From a virus: a DNA stretch of 64,000 nucleotides. A program made the translations under genes and the position numbers. Every line of letters starts with the position of its first letter. The first letter of the stretch is position 1. The stretch covers positions 28,421 through 92,420 of the IMG/VR virus record IMGVR_UViG_3300023082_000010; one strand, 5' to 3'. The notes under the pieces are model-generated. The model made no database searches and was not told the origin of the DNA. It saw nothing but the letters and a program-made list of their open reading frames with translations. This document shows positions 18,697 through 27,880 of this stretch, piece by piece.

Positions 18697-19478
18697 TGGT
18701 AAGGCCTCTTGCTGATTTCATAAGAATATTCATAGGTAAATCCTTCTTTGTTTTCATTTAAATTGTTAGAGATTTTACTTCTAGAAATACCTGTCTGTTT
18801 TGAGGCGCTTAGTATGGAGTCATAAACAATATTATCTATTTTAAACTTCCACTTACCAACTCTAGAATTCTTATTTTTAATGCTTATATCTTCTTCTACC
18901 AAACCTAGTGATATATGGAGATATAAAAGCTCGGGATCTTCATTTAAAGCTTCTGCTGCTTCTCGTAAAGTATTAAACCAAATACCTCTTACATACTGAG
19001 GAGCATCATATACAGACCCTTTTCTTGGATTAGATACTTCACCTAATATCCCTTGCCTTTTTCTGTTATGGAAGGTTACAGCAGCCATGCCAAGAGAAGC
19101 TAAGGCCACTCTTCTATTAGGAAACCAGAAACCTGATACAAATACTGGTTCATCATCAGACCTAGATGCAACTTTATGGCCTGTTCCACCAGCACCACCC
19201 GGCTTGATGTTGTAACCATTTTCCACTGTATTAAAAGCTGAAATGGCTTTTACTTCTAGATCATAAATATATTCTTTTGAGCCAACACATAACACATCAA
19301 AACTGAAATTCTCCGGGCCGTATTTATTTACAGCCTTTTTAATGATTGAATTTTTATTTTGATTAGGGTTGTAGAAGTGTTGTTTCTTTCGTGCGCTTAA
19401 GTTCTTAGTAACACCAATGTATAGCTTTCCATTTACCAAATTCGTAATCTTATAAAGATAGTGAACAATTTCTTTCAT
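18693..19478 (-). CDS. Free-standing GIY-YIG homing endonuclease
   Basis: YLYKITNLVNGKLYIGVT...R..QH...E...I..FNT..NGYN; C-terminal NUMOD-like repeats. Confidence 0.9.
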   Translation of the reverse strand: MKEIVHYLYKITNLVNGKLYIGVTKNLSARKKQHFYNPNQNKNSIIKKAVNKYGPENFSFDVLCVGSKEYIYDLEVKAISAFNTVENGYNIKPGGAGGTGHKVASRSDDEPVFVSGFWFPNRRVALASLGMAAVTFHNRKRQGILGEVSNPRKGSVYDAPQYVRGIWFNTLREAAEALNEDPELLYLHISLGLVEEDISIKNKNSRVGKWKFKIDNIVYDSILSASKQTGISRSKISNNLNENKEGFTYEYSYEISKRPYQ

Positions 19479-19493
19479 TTACTACCTCTATGT

Positions 19494-20036
19494 TTATATT
19501 ACGGGGATTGGGCCTTCCGGCACTCTGAAAATTGTATCTGCTGTTACATCTTCAACTACTACGGCTTCTATCAAATCAACTACATCTTGCGTCAGTGCAA
19601 TATAAGAGAAGGTGACATCCATGTTATGATATTCAACCCACTTAGTATCTCTTTTCTGTGGAGCACGTCTCACATTACTTTTTCGCATAATACCAAGTTT
19701 GTTTCTTTTTAAATCTTCAAATACAAGATAGTTATTATTAATTCTTTGATTGAGGCTGTGTGACATGTCGCCACTTTGACTACCAATAAAACTTAGTTGT
19801 ACCAATACCTCATAAGCTACTTGAGTTGCTTGTCTGTTTTGGATGTCAAGCTTACTGGATGTTACGTGATGACCTTGTTGTGTAATACTTAAGATGTTTA
19901 CAACAACATAGGATTCAGCAGGTTCAGATCCATTTGAGTTTGAGTGGATTACTGGTACTGTTGGATATTCTGATAAAGCTGTGATTACCACTTTGCGAAT
20001 GTTTGTTCTAAGCTGAGTGAATAAATTACTTGCCAT
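19494..20036 (-). CDS. Tail terminator / neck protein
   Basis: Synteny, size, DVTFSY C-terminal strand. Confidence 0.65.
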   Translation of the reverse strand: MASNLFTQLRTNIRKVVITALSEYPTVPVIHSNSNGSEPAESYVVVNILSITQQGHHVTSSKLDIQNRQATQVAYEVLVQLSFIGSQSGDMSHSLNQRINNNYLVFEDLKRNKLGIMRKSNVRRAPQKRDTKWVEYHNMDVTFSYIALTQDVVDLIEAVVVEDVTADTIFRVPEGPIPVI

Positions 20037-20524
20037 TAAACACTCCCAACCCTTGAGCTAACATTTGCAATCAACTCACTGGTTTCAACCAAAGGATCAT
20101 CAAACCCTTTGAGTTCAATTGTAAGGGGTGCGTTTCGTGGAGTATCCCAATCCAGCATCACTTTACGAAGAGTTCGTTCAAAGTTTTGACCAGCCTTGTT
20201 CAGTACAGTCATAACCTCTTTCCCGGAAGCTACAGCTTTAATCATATCCTTGAAATCATCTTTATTAGCACCGGCTTTCAATGCACCCATAAGACCAGAA
20301 GTCATGAACGGTCTGGGTGGTGTAACAGAACCCGGAACTAGGGAGTTTTGACCGTTGATATGGCCTTCATTTGCCCATTGAGCTACCTGAGCGTAGGGAA
20401 GGTTATCATTGTCTGAACCATAGTTTTGACCAGCGAACCAACCAACATTTACAGGAGGGATGTTCTTTAGAAGGTCAGCTTTAAGTTTATCCCACACAGC
20501 TGTGTTTTTCTTTATAGTGGCCAT
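20036..20524 (-). CDS. Neck / tail completion protein
   Basis: VNVGWF, AQVAQWANEG, PPRPFM, NAPLTIELKGFDDPLVET motifs. Confidence 0.75.
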   Translation of the reverse strand: MATIKKNTAVWDKLKADLLKNIPPVNVGWFAGQNYGSDNDNLPYAQVAQWANEGHINGQNSLVPGSVTPPRPFMTSGLMGALKAGANKDDFKDMIKAVASGKEVMTVLNKAGQNFERTLRKVMLDWDTPRNAPLTIELKGFDDPLVETSELIANVSSRVGSV

Positions 20525-20533
20525 GGGGAATCC

Positions 20534-20908
20534 TTAGTTTGGGGTGAGTTCTATGCGGACTAGCTTTGCCTCAAAATGGTCTTGCACACCCATTTTAAAA
20601 TTCTGAACCGCACGAACCTCGTACAAATCACCATCCCACGTTACACGGTCGGCGTCATTTCCATTAGCGCCTTCTTTCTTTTGTCTGACCAAACTTGCGG
20701 TAAACAACCACATCCAACTTTTAGTTCTGTCACTCTCAGGGAGCATCATTACTTGATAGTCTGAGAAAGGGTGTACGTTGGCTTGAATAACTACCTGTTG
20801 TTCAGCACCTTCCACCCAATCTCCATCAACGAAAGCGCCTTGGGAGTGACGTAGAATTGTGACTGGTGTTTTTCTTACTAGGGAGAATTGTGCAATACTC
20901 ATAACCAC
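20534..20908 (-). CDS. Head closure / head-tail joining protein
   Basis: ANVHP, ADRVTWDGDLYEV; synteny. Confidence 0.7.
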   Translation of the reverse strand: MVMSIAQFSLVRKTPVTILRHSQGAFVDGDWVEGAEQQVVIQANVHPFSDYQVMMLPESDRTKSWMWLFTASLVRQKKEGANGNDADRVTWDGDLYEVRAVQNFKMGVQDHFEAKLVRIELTPN

Positions 20909-21369
20909 TGACCGTTGGTATAATCATTGTAAAAATCATATGAAGTATTATTCCAAAATAAGTGGTTATATGGACAACCAGAAATCCTTGGTAAGCAAAG
21001 TCTCACAACATCCGGGTTAAGATTATTACGGAGCATATCCTGCCTAGAAATACCACCAGCATAAGGCATAGCTACAAAAAGGGAAGACTCACCACCACTA
21101 ATCAAGTCACCCAAAGCGGCTGTATAAAGTGCTGCAAAATCATTCCAAACTTCATACTTACCCGCAGTTTCACGAGTAGGAGCTTTTGCAATTTGAAACC
21201 TTATTACTTTGGCAGCGGCGATTCCCGCTGACATCTCATCGTTAGGGTATTTATCTGCAAAATACTGATATGTGGCATCGTCAAGTATTTCAAAATCCTC
21301 AAAAACATCGCCTGTTATTAGTCTTAGGCGATCTATTACTGAGGTTGCGGGGTGTCCTGTATAAGCCAA
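20899..21369 (-). CDS. Head-tail adaptor
   Basis: IDRLRLITGD...ILDDATY, PYAGGIS motifs. Confidence 0.75.
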   Translation of the reverse strand: MAYTGHPATSVIDRLRLITGDVFEDFEILDDATYQYFADKYPNDEMSAGIAAAKVIRFQIAKAPTRETAGKYEVWNDFAALYTAALGDLISGGESSLFVAMPYAGGISRQDMLRNNLNPDVVRLCLPRISGCPYNHLFWNNTSYDFYNDYTNGQWL

Positions 21370-21408
21370 TGCTATCTCCTTATTCTACATAAGGCAGCAA
21401 TGCCTTCA

Positions 21409-21612
21409 TTATTCTTGAAGAGCTTTAACAAGCTTGTTATAAGCTTCAGCTACATCTTTAATTGTAAGCTTGGATTCAAGATCCAATTCTTCAATCTTAC
21501 TAAAATCTCTAGCTTCACCACCCAAAGTATTTACATGGGCAACAAGCTTATCCATCATTTGACGATTACCAGAGCGCAAATCATCTTGTGTAAATTCAAA
21601 ACTCATATTCAT
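21409..21612 (-). CDS. Small virion protein, head-fibre-like C-terminal helix
   Basis: TIKDVAEAYNKLVKALQE resembles head-fibre trimerisation ends; AAGGA SD. Confidence 0.45.
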   Translation of the reverse strand: MNMSFEFTQDDLRSGNRQMMDKLVAHVNTLGGEARDFSKIEELDLESKLTIKDVAEAYNKLVKALQE

Positions 21613-21628
21613 ATCCTTTATTAAATGT

Positions 21629-21652
21629 AAGAGGGGCTTTTACACCCCTCTT
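21629..21652 (-). terminator. Terminator after the major capsid gene
   Basis: AAGAGGGG-N8-CCCCTCTT followed by AT-rich tail. Confidence 0.65.
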
Positions 21653-21663
21653 TAATCCAAGTC

Positions 21664-22767
21664 TTATGGAGTATAAGGTTGAACTGGAACAGTACCACCC
21701 GGCAGGTAGGCAACAACAATTTCCTGTGGACGACTTACGAAGTTCAAGAGGTTAGTCTCAGTTTCAACTTCAATGATTTCGTCTTTAGGGTCACGGAATT
21801 CCCAAGCGTAGGAAGCTTGAGCAACCGAGTTGACGGTGCTGAACTTGTTAGGAGTGGCATAGTAGGTGGTGAACAGATCATCTACGCCCAACGGCAGGAA
21901 GTAGGCTTGACCTTCTGGAATGAAGGTGGTGCCAGCTTGAGGACGTACTTCGTAGAAAGTAACACCTTGGTATTCAAAGCTGCGATACAGAACACCTTCT
22001 GCGCCACCAACCAAACCACCAACTTGACGATTCAACAGGAGGTTGGACGTACCACCAGCCAGTTGAGCTTTCAGGATATCAGTGATGTAAGCGTTGTTGA
22101 TCAGCGCTTGGAAGTAGGTAGGCGAGCACAGAGCGATGAAACGGTTTACAATTTCACCCGATTGCAGGTTATCTTGCAGACCAGCAACTACGTTGTTAAT
22201 AGTTGCATCTGGGGTGGTGGAGGTAGCCAGATCAGTAGAAATCTGAGTACGCTGTACTTGGAACTCTTGGTAGAAGTTCTGGGTAACAGTGCCACGAGGG
22301 GCGTAAACACTACCAGTGGTGATCAGGTTGAAACGTGAGACTTCACGAACCCATGCGTGTGCTTTACGGGCTTTAGCCAGCTTGCGAGCACGAACGGCAT
22401 CGATGGTTTCCAGATCATTACCTTGATACACTTGTGCCCAAGCAGCGATACCTTCCACGTCCTGTGGAGTGATAGCGTAAGATGCTGGGAAGTGAGGAAC
22501 GTCAATGCGCATGTAGCGCTTGCCATCTGGAGACAGAGTTTGGGATTTCTCACCCCAGTTGTAGTCTTGCAGAGCACCAGCCAAAACTTCGTTGTAAACT
22601 GGAACCAGAGCGTGTTTCTGGGTCAAGAATACATCTTCAAACAGACCAAGTTGGTCCATCAAGAAATAGCGGTTAGGGACAATGTTGATTGCAGGGGTGA
22701 TTTCAATACGGCGATTTGCGTTAGCCGGATCGAAAGCGAGTGCTTTACTCAGGAATTGCTCAGACAT
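21664..22767 (-). CDS. Major capsid protein (lambda E-like, HK97 fold)
   Basis: AINIVPN, LGLF, PHF....ITPQDV, FIPEGQAYFLP, IETETNLL; strong codon bias. Confidence 0.9.
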   Translation of the reverse strand: MSEQFLSKALAFDPANANRRIEITPAINIVPNRYFLMDQLGLFEDVFLTQKHALVPVYNEVLAGALQDYNWGEKSQTLSPDGKRYMRIDVPHFPASYAITPQDVEGIAAWAQVYQGNDLETIDAVRARKLAKARKAHAWVREVSRFNLITTGSVYAPRGTVTQNFYQEFQVQRTQISTDLATSTTPDATINNVVAGLQDNLQSGEIVNRFIALCSPTYFQALINNAYITDILKAQLAGGTSNLLLNRQVGGLVGGAEGVLYRSFEYQGVTFYEVRPQAGTTFIPEGQAYFLPLGVDDLFTTYYATPNKFSTVNSVAQASYAWEFRDPKDEIIEVETETNLLNFVSRPQEIVVAYLPGGTVPVQPYTP

Positions 22768-22793
22768 TTAATATATTTCCTTTAGATTAATTT

Positions 22794-23195
22794 TTAGACA
22801 GCGACCAACACGTCAATACCTTGGGCATTGAGTTGGGCGGTGACAGCAACCATCTGAGCAGTATTAATACCGTTTACAGATTTCAGCAGGTAGTCACTAA
22901 CTTGAGCCGGACCACGATACATAACCAATGCAGGAGCGTTGGCAGTCAGGGTGAAAGTGTCACGAACGTCGTAGTGATCACCCAACACCATTGCCAGAAT
23001 AGAACCGGCAGGAATAGCAGCACCAGCAACATACTTAGCAAAGGTAGCGCTCAAAGCAGTACCGACAACCAAAGTACCCAGCGGGTAGGTGCCAGCAGGC
23101 AAGGTGACTTCATCACGGCAGTAGCCATCAGCAGGCGAGAATTCACGTACAACGAGGTCGCCGAGGGTGCGAATATTAAAGTTTACCAGAGGCAT
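22794..23195 (-). CDS. Head decoration protein
   Basis: GYCRDEVT, RGPAQV; directly upstream of the major capsid gene. Confidence 0.8.
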   Translation of the reverse strand: MPLVNFNIRTLGDLVVREFSPADGYCRDEVTLPAGTYPLGTLVVGTALSATFAKYVAGAAIPAGSILAMVLGDHYDVRDTFTLTANAPALVMYRGPAQVSDYLLKSVNGINTAQMVAVTAQLNAQGIDVLVAV

Positions 23196-24169
23196 TATTT
23201 AGCTTCCTTTTGAAATTTTTCTTGATAGGATTTGGTAAGAGCAGCAACACCGTCAAGTTCAACAGTATCGGCAGCTTCACCCGAAACGCCTTGTTCTTTG
23301 AACAGGTCACTTTCTTCAACAGCTTTTTTGTCCTTAGCCATTGCTTTAGCAACTACTTCAAAGGCTTCAGCGGACAACGCCTCGGTGGATTTGTAGAGAA
23401 TTTCTACTTCGTCTTCGGCTACACCTGCTTCTTTCAGGACTGCTTTACGGCCCTTCTCAACAGATTCTTTTTCTTTAGCTTGCAAGCCTTTGACAACTTC
23501 AAGAGCTGCATCCAGTTCGACTTGTTTAGCTACGATTTCTTCTTGTTTTTCTTGAACAGCTTTAGCTACAGCTTCTTCAACAGCTTTGCTAATCTGTTCT
23601 TCGTGAACTGCTTTAGTTACGAACTCAGACATTTCATTACCTTTATTGATGGACTTTTCCACAGAGGGAGAGGTTGTACCTTGCAGTACGTTCACGCCCT
23701 CTTGCGAGGACAATGCTTGCTCAAACTTCTTTTGTGTCTCAAGAAGCAAAAGCAATTCTTCTGGTTTAAGGGAAGCAATAGCTTTGTTAATCTCAGCCTC
23801 GCTTTTATCCATAACCAAGGATTTCATAAGAGTTACAGCAGATACTTTTTCATTAATCCACTGCTCATACCAATCTACAGTTTCTTCTTGCTCTTCGGGC
23901 TCAGTATCCAGTCCCATAATCTTTGCAAGAACAATTGCGTCATCCCACCAAAGGCCAAAGAATGTGGTTAGGAAGTCAACAATGTTCATTTCAACTTGAA
24001 CCATTGTTGCTTTATCTACTTGCTCGTCGGTAATCTTGTCAGTAGCTTTTGTGAGCAAAGTAGTGACGCCATTTGCTGGACCACCCTGATGCTTTCCAAC
24101 AAGGGCTACGTGCGAGCCTTCACCTTCAAAGTTAAAGTTAGATAGCCGCTTACGTGCTTGATCTGTCAT
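23195..24169 (-). CDS. Capsid scaffold protein (N-terminal protease-like segment; possible internal start at 23632)
   Basis: SHVALVGKHQGGPANG N-terminus; long acidic coiled coil; AAAGG SD before MSEFVTK. Confidence 0.75.
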   Translation of the reverse strand: MTDQARKRLSNFNFEGEGSHVALVGKHQGGPANGVTTLLTKATDKITDEQVDKATMVQVEMNIVDFLTTFFGLWWDDAIVLAKIMGLDTEPEEQEETVDWYEQWINEKVSAVTLMKSLVMDKSEAEINKAIASLKPEELLLLLETQKKFEQALSSQEGVNVLQGTTSPSVEKSINKGNEMSEFVTKAVHEEQISKAVEEAVAKAVQEKQEEIVAKQVELDAALEVVKGLQAKEKESVEKGRKAVLKEAGVAEDEVEILYKSTEALSAEAFEVVAKAMAKDKKAVEESDLFKEQGVSGEAADTVELDGVAALTKSYQEKFQKEAK

Positions 24170-24622
24170 TTACAATTCTTCCACAGTAGCGCGGCAACCA
24201 ATGCTGACTCCGCAAATATCACCAGATTTAACTTGCTTCCACAGTTTATCGGAATCACTGTTTCCTTCTGGAAAGTAAAACCACTGTAGCCAAGTACCTT
24301 TTTTAATCATTCGTCCATCATCAAGCATAAAGTCTGAGGGAGAGATAAATGATTGTTCAATCTTTGCAGTTTCAATTTGAACTTGATGAAACAAGTTTGC
24401 TTTATTACAATGAGTGTTAAAGTTAATGCAAGCTTTCTCTACTTCATCAGCAGAATAGATATCACCATGCAAGTCAACAGTGTCAGGCTCAAGAACCACA
24501 AACAAAGCTCTTCGCTGTTCAAGGTCAATAGTTTTGGTCACCTCTACAACAGGTTCTTGTTCCTTTGAACCACCAAAGAATTTCTCAAGCAGTTCGTAAA
24601 GCTTTTCTGATTTATTAGGCAT
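24170..24622 (-). CDS. XkdF-like prohead serine protease (start MPNKSEK)
   Basis: VLEPDTVDLHGD, NLFH, IKKGTW, LWKQVKSGDICGVSIG; the upstream extension in the ORF track overlaps the portal. Confidence 0.8.
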   Translation of the reverse strand: MPNKSEKLYELLEKFFGGSKEQEPVVEVTKTIDLEQRRALFVVLEPDTVDLHGDIYSADEVEKACINFNTHCNKANLFHQVQIETAKIEQSFISPSDFMLDDGRMIKKGTWLQWFYFPEGNSDSDKLWKQVKSGDICGVSIGCRATVEEL

Positions 24623-26117
24623 TTTCTGTATTCCCTGTTGAACTATCACCACTGCCGCCTGTGTTATCACCCGTACCACCGGGAAGCCCTGAACTAAATG
24701 AATCGCCACTTGAGCTTGTCTTTTCAGGCAAGTATTCTTCCATAGGTTCTTTATCCATGTCGTGTGGCTTAGCACCAATAGACTGCCGAGTGATGTTCAA
24801 TACTTCACGGTCAAGTTCAATAGAGCCGGTAGCAGCATAACGTTGAACAGCCTTGGACAAGATATCAAGATCACTTTGTTGAACTTCTTCATATTCCCAG
24901 TAAGGCAATTCGCCTTCTAGGTTCCAGCCATTCATCTTGAATAGAAGATCACGAAGCTCTTTAAGAGTCTCTTGCATACCCATGAGCTTGTCTTCAACAG
25001 CCATTATTACCAAGGAATTCTTGGTATCGGACAGGCTGTAGGAGCCAACCGAACTCTGACCCATCTGAAGGATATCGGCCCAAAGAGCTTGTAAAATAGC
25101 AGAGTTATACCGACCAATGATGTCGTTTGTATTGAATCGATTAGACCCACCAGAGCTTACAAGGTCGAACTCAAATAACAAGTTACCATTATCATCCCGA
25201 TCAGATGGGGTTGTAAGAGATGCCTGTTCATTAGCTTGAATATTACGCCCAATATTCATGTAAGCTTCATAAGCAGCTTTCTTATCATCACTAGCATTCT
25301 CTGCCATGTAATCAGACGGAATCCTAAAATGGGGAATACCATTCAAATCACGAGACAGGCTTATAGCTTCATGCTCTTCAATCTTGGTGCGATACTTCCA
25401 AGCGTAGTAGCACTTTAGCAAAGGGCTTGTACCCATTGGGTTGCCACGGCTGCTGTCACAAGTAAAGTTCAGAAGCTTACTCTTACGAATAAACACTTCA
25501 TCCATACTTGTAGCTTTACCACCGTTAAAACCACCATAGAAATCTAGAATACCTTTGGGATTCTGCCAGAAGCCCAGAAATGTACGACCGTCTTCTGAAA
25601 ACTCAGCACGACTAATGGTGTCTTGTGAACGAATGGGCAATTTTCTAATTGCTACCAAACCATCATCATACTTAGAACCAGCAGACTTCAAACGTTTACG
25701 CAGTACGATTTCATGAGGGGCAAATCCGTAAGTATAAAAACTTACAGCTTCCTTAATAAATGAATACCACGAATGCTCCATGTCATCTTGTACTTGAGCC
25801 AAGAACTTAGCGTGTTTCTTAGTCTCTTCACTAGCATCCACAGGGACATGAACATTCCATTTAACCCTACTCATCATCATCTGAAAGAGGTTAAGACCAG
25901 ATGCAATAGTTGCATCATTGCTCATTGTCTTGTAAGTTTTAGCTGCTTGAGGATATTGAAGTTCTCTGCGCGATTCCTCAAGGATTTGACCATTAATTTG
26001 CTTCAGACCAATTGCACCAGTTTCACTGTAAGGGATACGTGGCACACTTTCAGATCCAGTGGAGAGGTCTAGGCTATCAGCAGCAGCTTTTTTAACGCGT
26101 GCCATAGGCATCACCAT
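24615..26117 (-). CDS. Portal protein
   Basis: YGFAPHEIV, KLPIRSQDTI, NPMGTSPL, GSYSL motifs; lies between terL and protease. Confidence 0.9.
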   Translation of the reverse strand: MVMPMARVKKAAADSLDLSTGSESVPRIPYSETGAIGLKQINGQILEESRRELQYPQAAKTYKTMSNDATIASGLNLFQMMMSRVKWNVHVPVDASEETKKHAKFLAQVQDDMEHSWYSFIKEAVSFYTYGFAPHEIVLRKRLKSAGSKYDDGLVAIRKLPIRSQDTISRAEFSEDGRTFLGFWQNPKGILDFYGGFNGGKATSMDEVFIRKSKLLNFTCDSSRGNPMGTSPLLKCYYAWKYRTKIEEHEAISLSRDLNGIPHFRIPSDYMAENASDDKKAAYEAYMNIGRNIQANEQASLTTPSDRDDNGNLLFEFDLVSSGGSNRFNTNDIIGRYNSAILQALWADILQMGQSSVGSYSLSDTKNSLVIMAVEDKLMGMQETLKELRDLLFKMNGWNLEGELPYWEYEEVQQSDLDILSKAVQRYAATGSIELDREVLNITRQSIGAKPHDMDKEPMEEYLPEKTSSSGDSFSSGLPGGTGDNTGGSGDSSTGNTENA

Positions 26118-26156
26118 TAGGCATCCGTGTGTGCCTCCTTATAGTAGTTTGGCTAA

Positions 26157-27560
26157 TCAAAGCCTGAATTCGTTTGTCTTGGTGTAGATGGGAACTGCGA
26201 AGGATGGTACGCTTTTGTTTTGTGCCAAAGTGAGGTAGGCCAAAGAAGCACAGTCTGCCATATCATCGTGGCCCATTTCTCCACTACGTCTCTGTCCATC
26301 AAAAGCTTCAAGTTCCTTGTGAAAGAAATCATTATCCGCTACAATTTTATTCCAAAGATCATTGCAGCAACCTTTCACAATAGAAACAACACCTAGTTCG
26401 GCAGATGCAGCAAAAGGTCTGAAGGAGTCCAGCTTACCTAGTGATGCTCTTTTTGTTTTAACCACATATCCATGTTCAATAATAGAACGAGCTATTAGCA
26501 TAGTAGATGCCTTAGCTGCTGGGTTAGGGTCTTCTCCGAGAATAATTTCTACTTCGGGACCATCCCTTTGAGCACTGTCTAGGATTTGTTTTTCCCAATC
26601 ACCAAATGTTATTCGTGTTCTATAGACATCAAGGATCACATAATTACCATTTCTCAGCTTACCAAGCTTCAATGAGGCGAAGTAATCGGGCGATCTGTTT
26701 CCGTCGTGTGGCAAAGTGCCAGCGAAGTCAAAAACCCGAACTACCTTTGAAAACTCTGAATGGTGGGGTGCTTGAGTCAACACTGGAACAGTATTCCTAT
26801 CGTAATAGGTGCTGTTCTCCGGCTTTGCAAACCAATTCCCATAGAGCAATCGCTCGCGGTCAAGTTTTGGAAGAGATTCCAAATTTGAGCGATATAGTGG
26901 GTTACTTTTCTTCAGTGGGGGGTTATCATCAATAGTGCCAAATAACCCTTGAAAGCTAATTGGCTTTACTTGATCGTCATGTTCGGCTTCTAATTTAGGA
27001 TTTCCGTACTTGTCAATAAGCTCTTGCGCACTTTCACCCCAAACAATATCACCAGCCACTCGGAGCAGATAACGAACTGTGCCATTCTTTTCTGGGTCTG
27101 GGCGGCCAGCTAGTGCATGGCCCTCTGGATATAAATACCATTGTGCGTACTTTAGAAGCCAGCTTGAATTGTCAGGATTGCATGACATGACAATTCCGTG
27201 GACATTCTTCGCCTCAGACCTAAGCCGCGACCAAAGCCACCAAATATCTTCTTCCTCCGCGTGAGTTGCCTCATCATAAAAGATATTTGAAATTTGAATA
27301 CCTTGATATTTCTTAGCTGCGTTAGCATTCTCATAGTGCGAGAAGCTAATCTCTGCACCACTAGAAAATACTAATTTTTGATCTTTCAATCGAATTTTAA
27401 GACTAGGATCATACTGACTATATAGTTTAACTGCTTCCTGAAACAGACCACCAGAAGCCATAATCGCACTGGAGTTCTTACGAATACAATAAGCCTTATA
27501 GTTTGGATCTTCTACGAAACGAAGATGCCGCATTAACCCAACATAACTTTTGGAACTACC
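26157..27560 (-). CDS. terL: Terminase large subunit, exon 2
   Basis: Begins GSSKSY (second half of Walker A); FYDEATH Walker B, SCNPD motif III, FDFAG and HDDMAD nuclease motifs. Confidence 0.95.
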   Translation of the reverse strand, partial: GSSKSYVGLMRHLRFVEDPNYKAYCIRKNSSAIMASGGLFQEAVKLYSQYDPSLKIRLKDQKLVFSSGAEISFSHYENANAAKKYQGIQISNIFYDEATHAEEEDIWWLWSRLRSEAKNVHGIVMSCNPDNSSWLLKYAQWYLYPEGHALAGRPDPEKNGTVRYLLRVAGDIVWGESAQELIDKYGNPKLEAEHDDQVKPISFQGLFGTIDDNPPLKKSNPLYRSNLESLPKLDRERLLYGNWFAKPENSTYYDRNTVPVLTQAPHHSEFSKVVRVFDFAGTLPHDGNRSPDYFASLKLGKLRNGNYVILDVYRTRITFGDWEKQILDSAQRDGPEVEIILGEDPNPAAKASTMLIARSIIEHGYVVKTKRASLGKLDSFRPFAASAELGVVSIVKGCCNDLWNKIVADNDFFHKELEAFDGQRRSGEMGHDDMADCASLAYLTLAQNKSVPSFAVPIYTKTNEFRL

Positions 27561-27790
27561 CAATAAATTCTAAGGTTCGTTAAACCTTCTCACATTTCTA
27601 TGAGGATCGGACTATATCACCTGTTATTTCTAACAGCCCCCCGTTTCGATTGCACTTGCAACCTACTCTGCTACACTCATCACAGATAGTCTCTGAACGT
27701 TACTTATTTCTAAGTCTTCGCTGCTGATTACCTTTAACTTAATAGTAAGGGTTCCAGCAATTAGAGGGGTTTAAAGCGGCCCGTAGTTCA
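27561..27790 (-). ncRNA. Group I self-splicing intron (230 nt, ORF-less, IA2-like) in terL
   Basis: Exon 1 ends in U and the intron ends in G. P1 GCGGCU/GGCCGC has the U.G at the splice site; P10 GAACUAC/GUAGUUC pairs with exon 2. Core elements AAUUGCUGGAA, AAUCAGCAG, UUCAGAGACUA, GAUAUAGUCC. Splicing restores GGAA|GSSKS in frame. Confidence 0.93.
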
Positions 27791-27880
27791 AGCCGCCCCT
27801 CCAACTAGGAGGATTTGAGCATCTGAGAGCAGGTATTGCGATTGGAACCTGCTCTGAGCTGAGATAACAGTTTCTGTCAT
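27791..27880 (-). CDS. terL: Terminase large subunit, exon 1 (MTETVISAQSRFQSQYLLSDAQILLVGGAA)
   Basis: 30 codons with the Q-motif region and first half of Walker A; its ATG overlaps the TGA of the upstream endonuclease (ATGA). Confidence 0.9.

Noticed and set aside
18693-19478. GIY-YIG (and the endonucleases at 45168 and 58908) as intron-encoded ORFs
   Set aside because: Flanking genes are intact and abut directly; no group I core sequences around them
17581-23999. Long plus-strand ORFs (17581..18186, 21679..22338, 23210..23971 etc.)
   Set aside because: Antisense shadows of strongly codon-biased sheath, capsid and scaffold genes; no SD or recognisable motifs
24623-24778. N-terminal extension of the protease ORF
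   Set aside because: Overlaps the portal C-terminus; a better start is MPNKSEK at 24622
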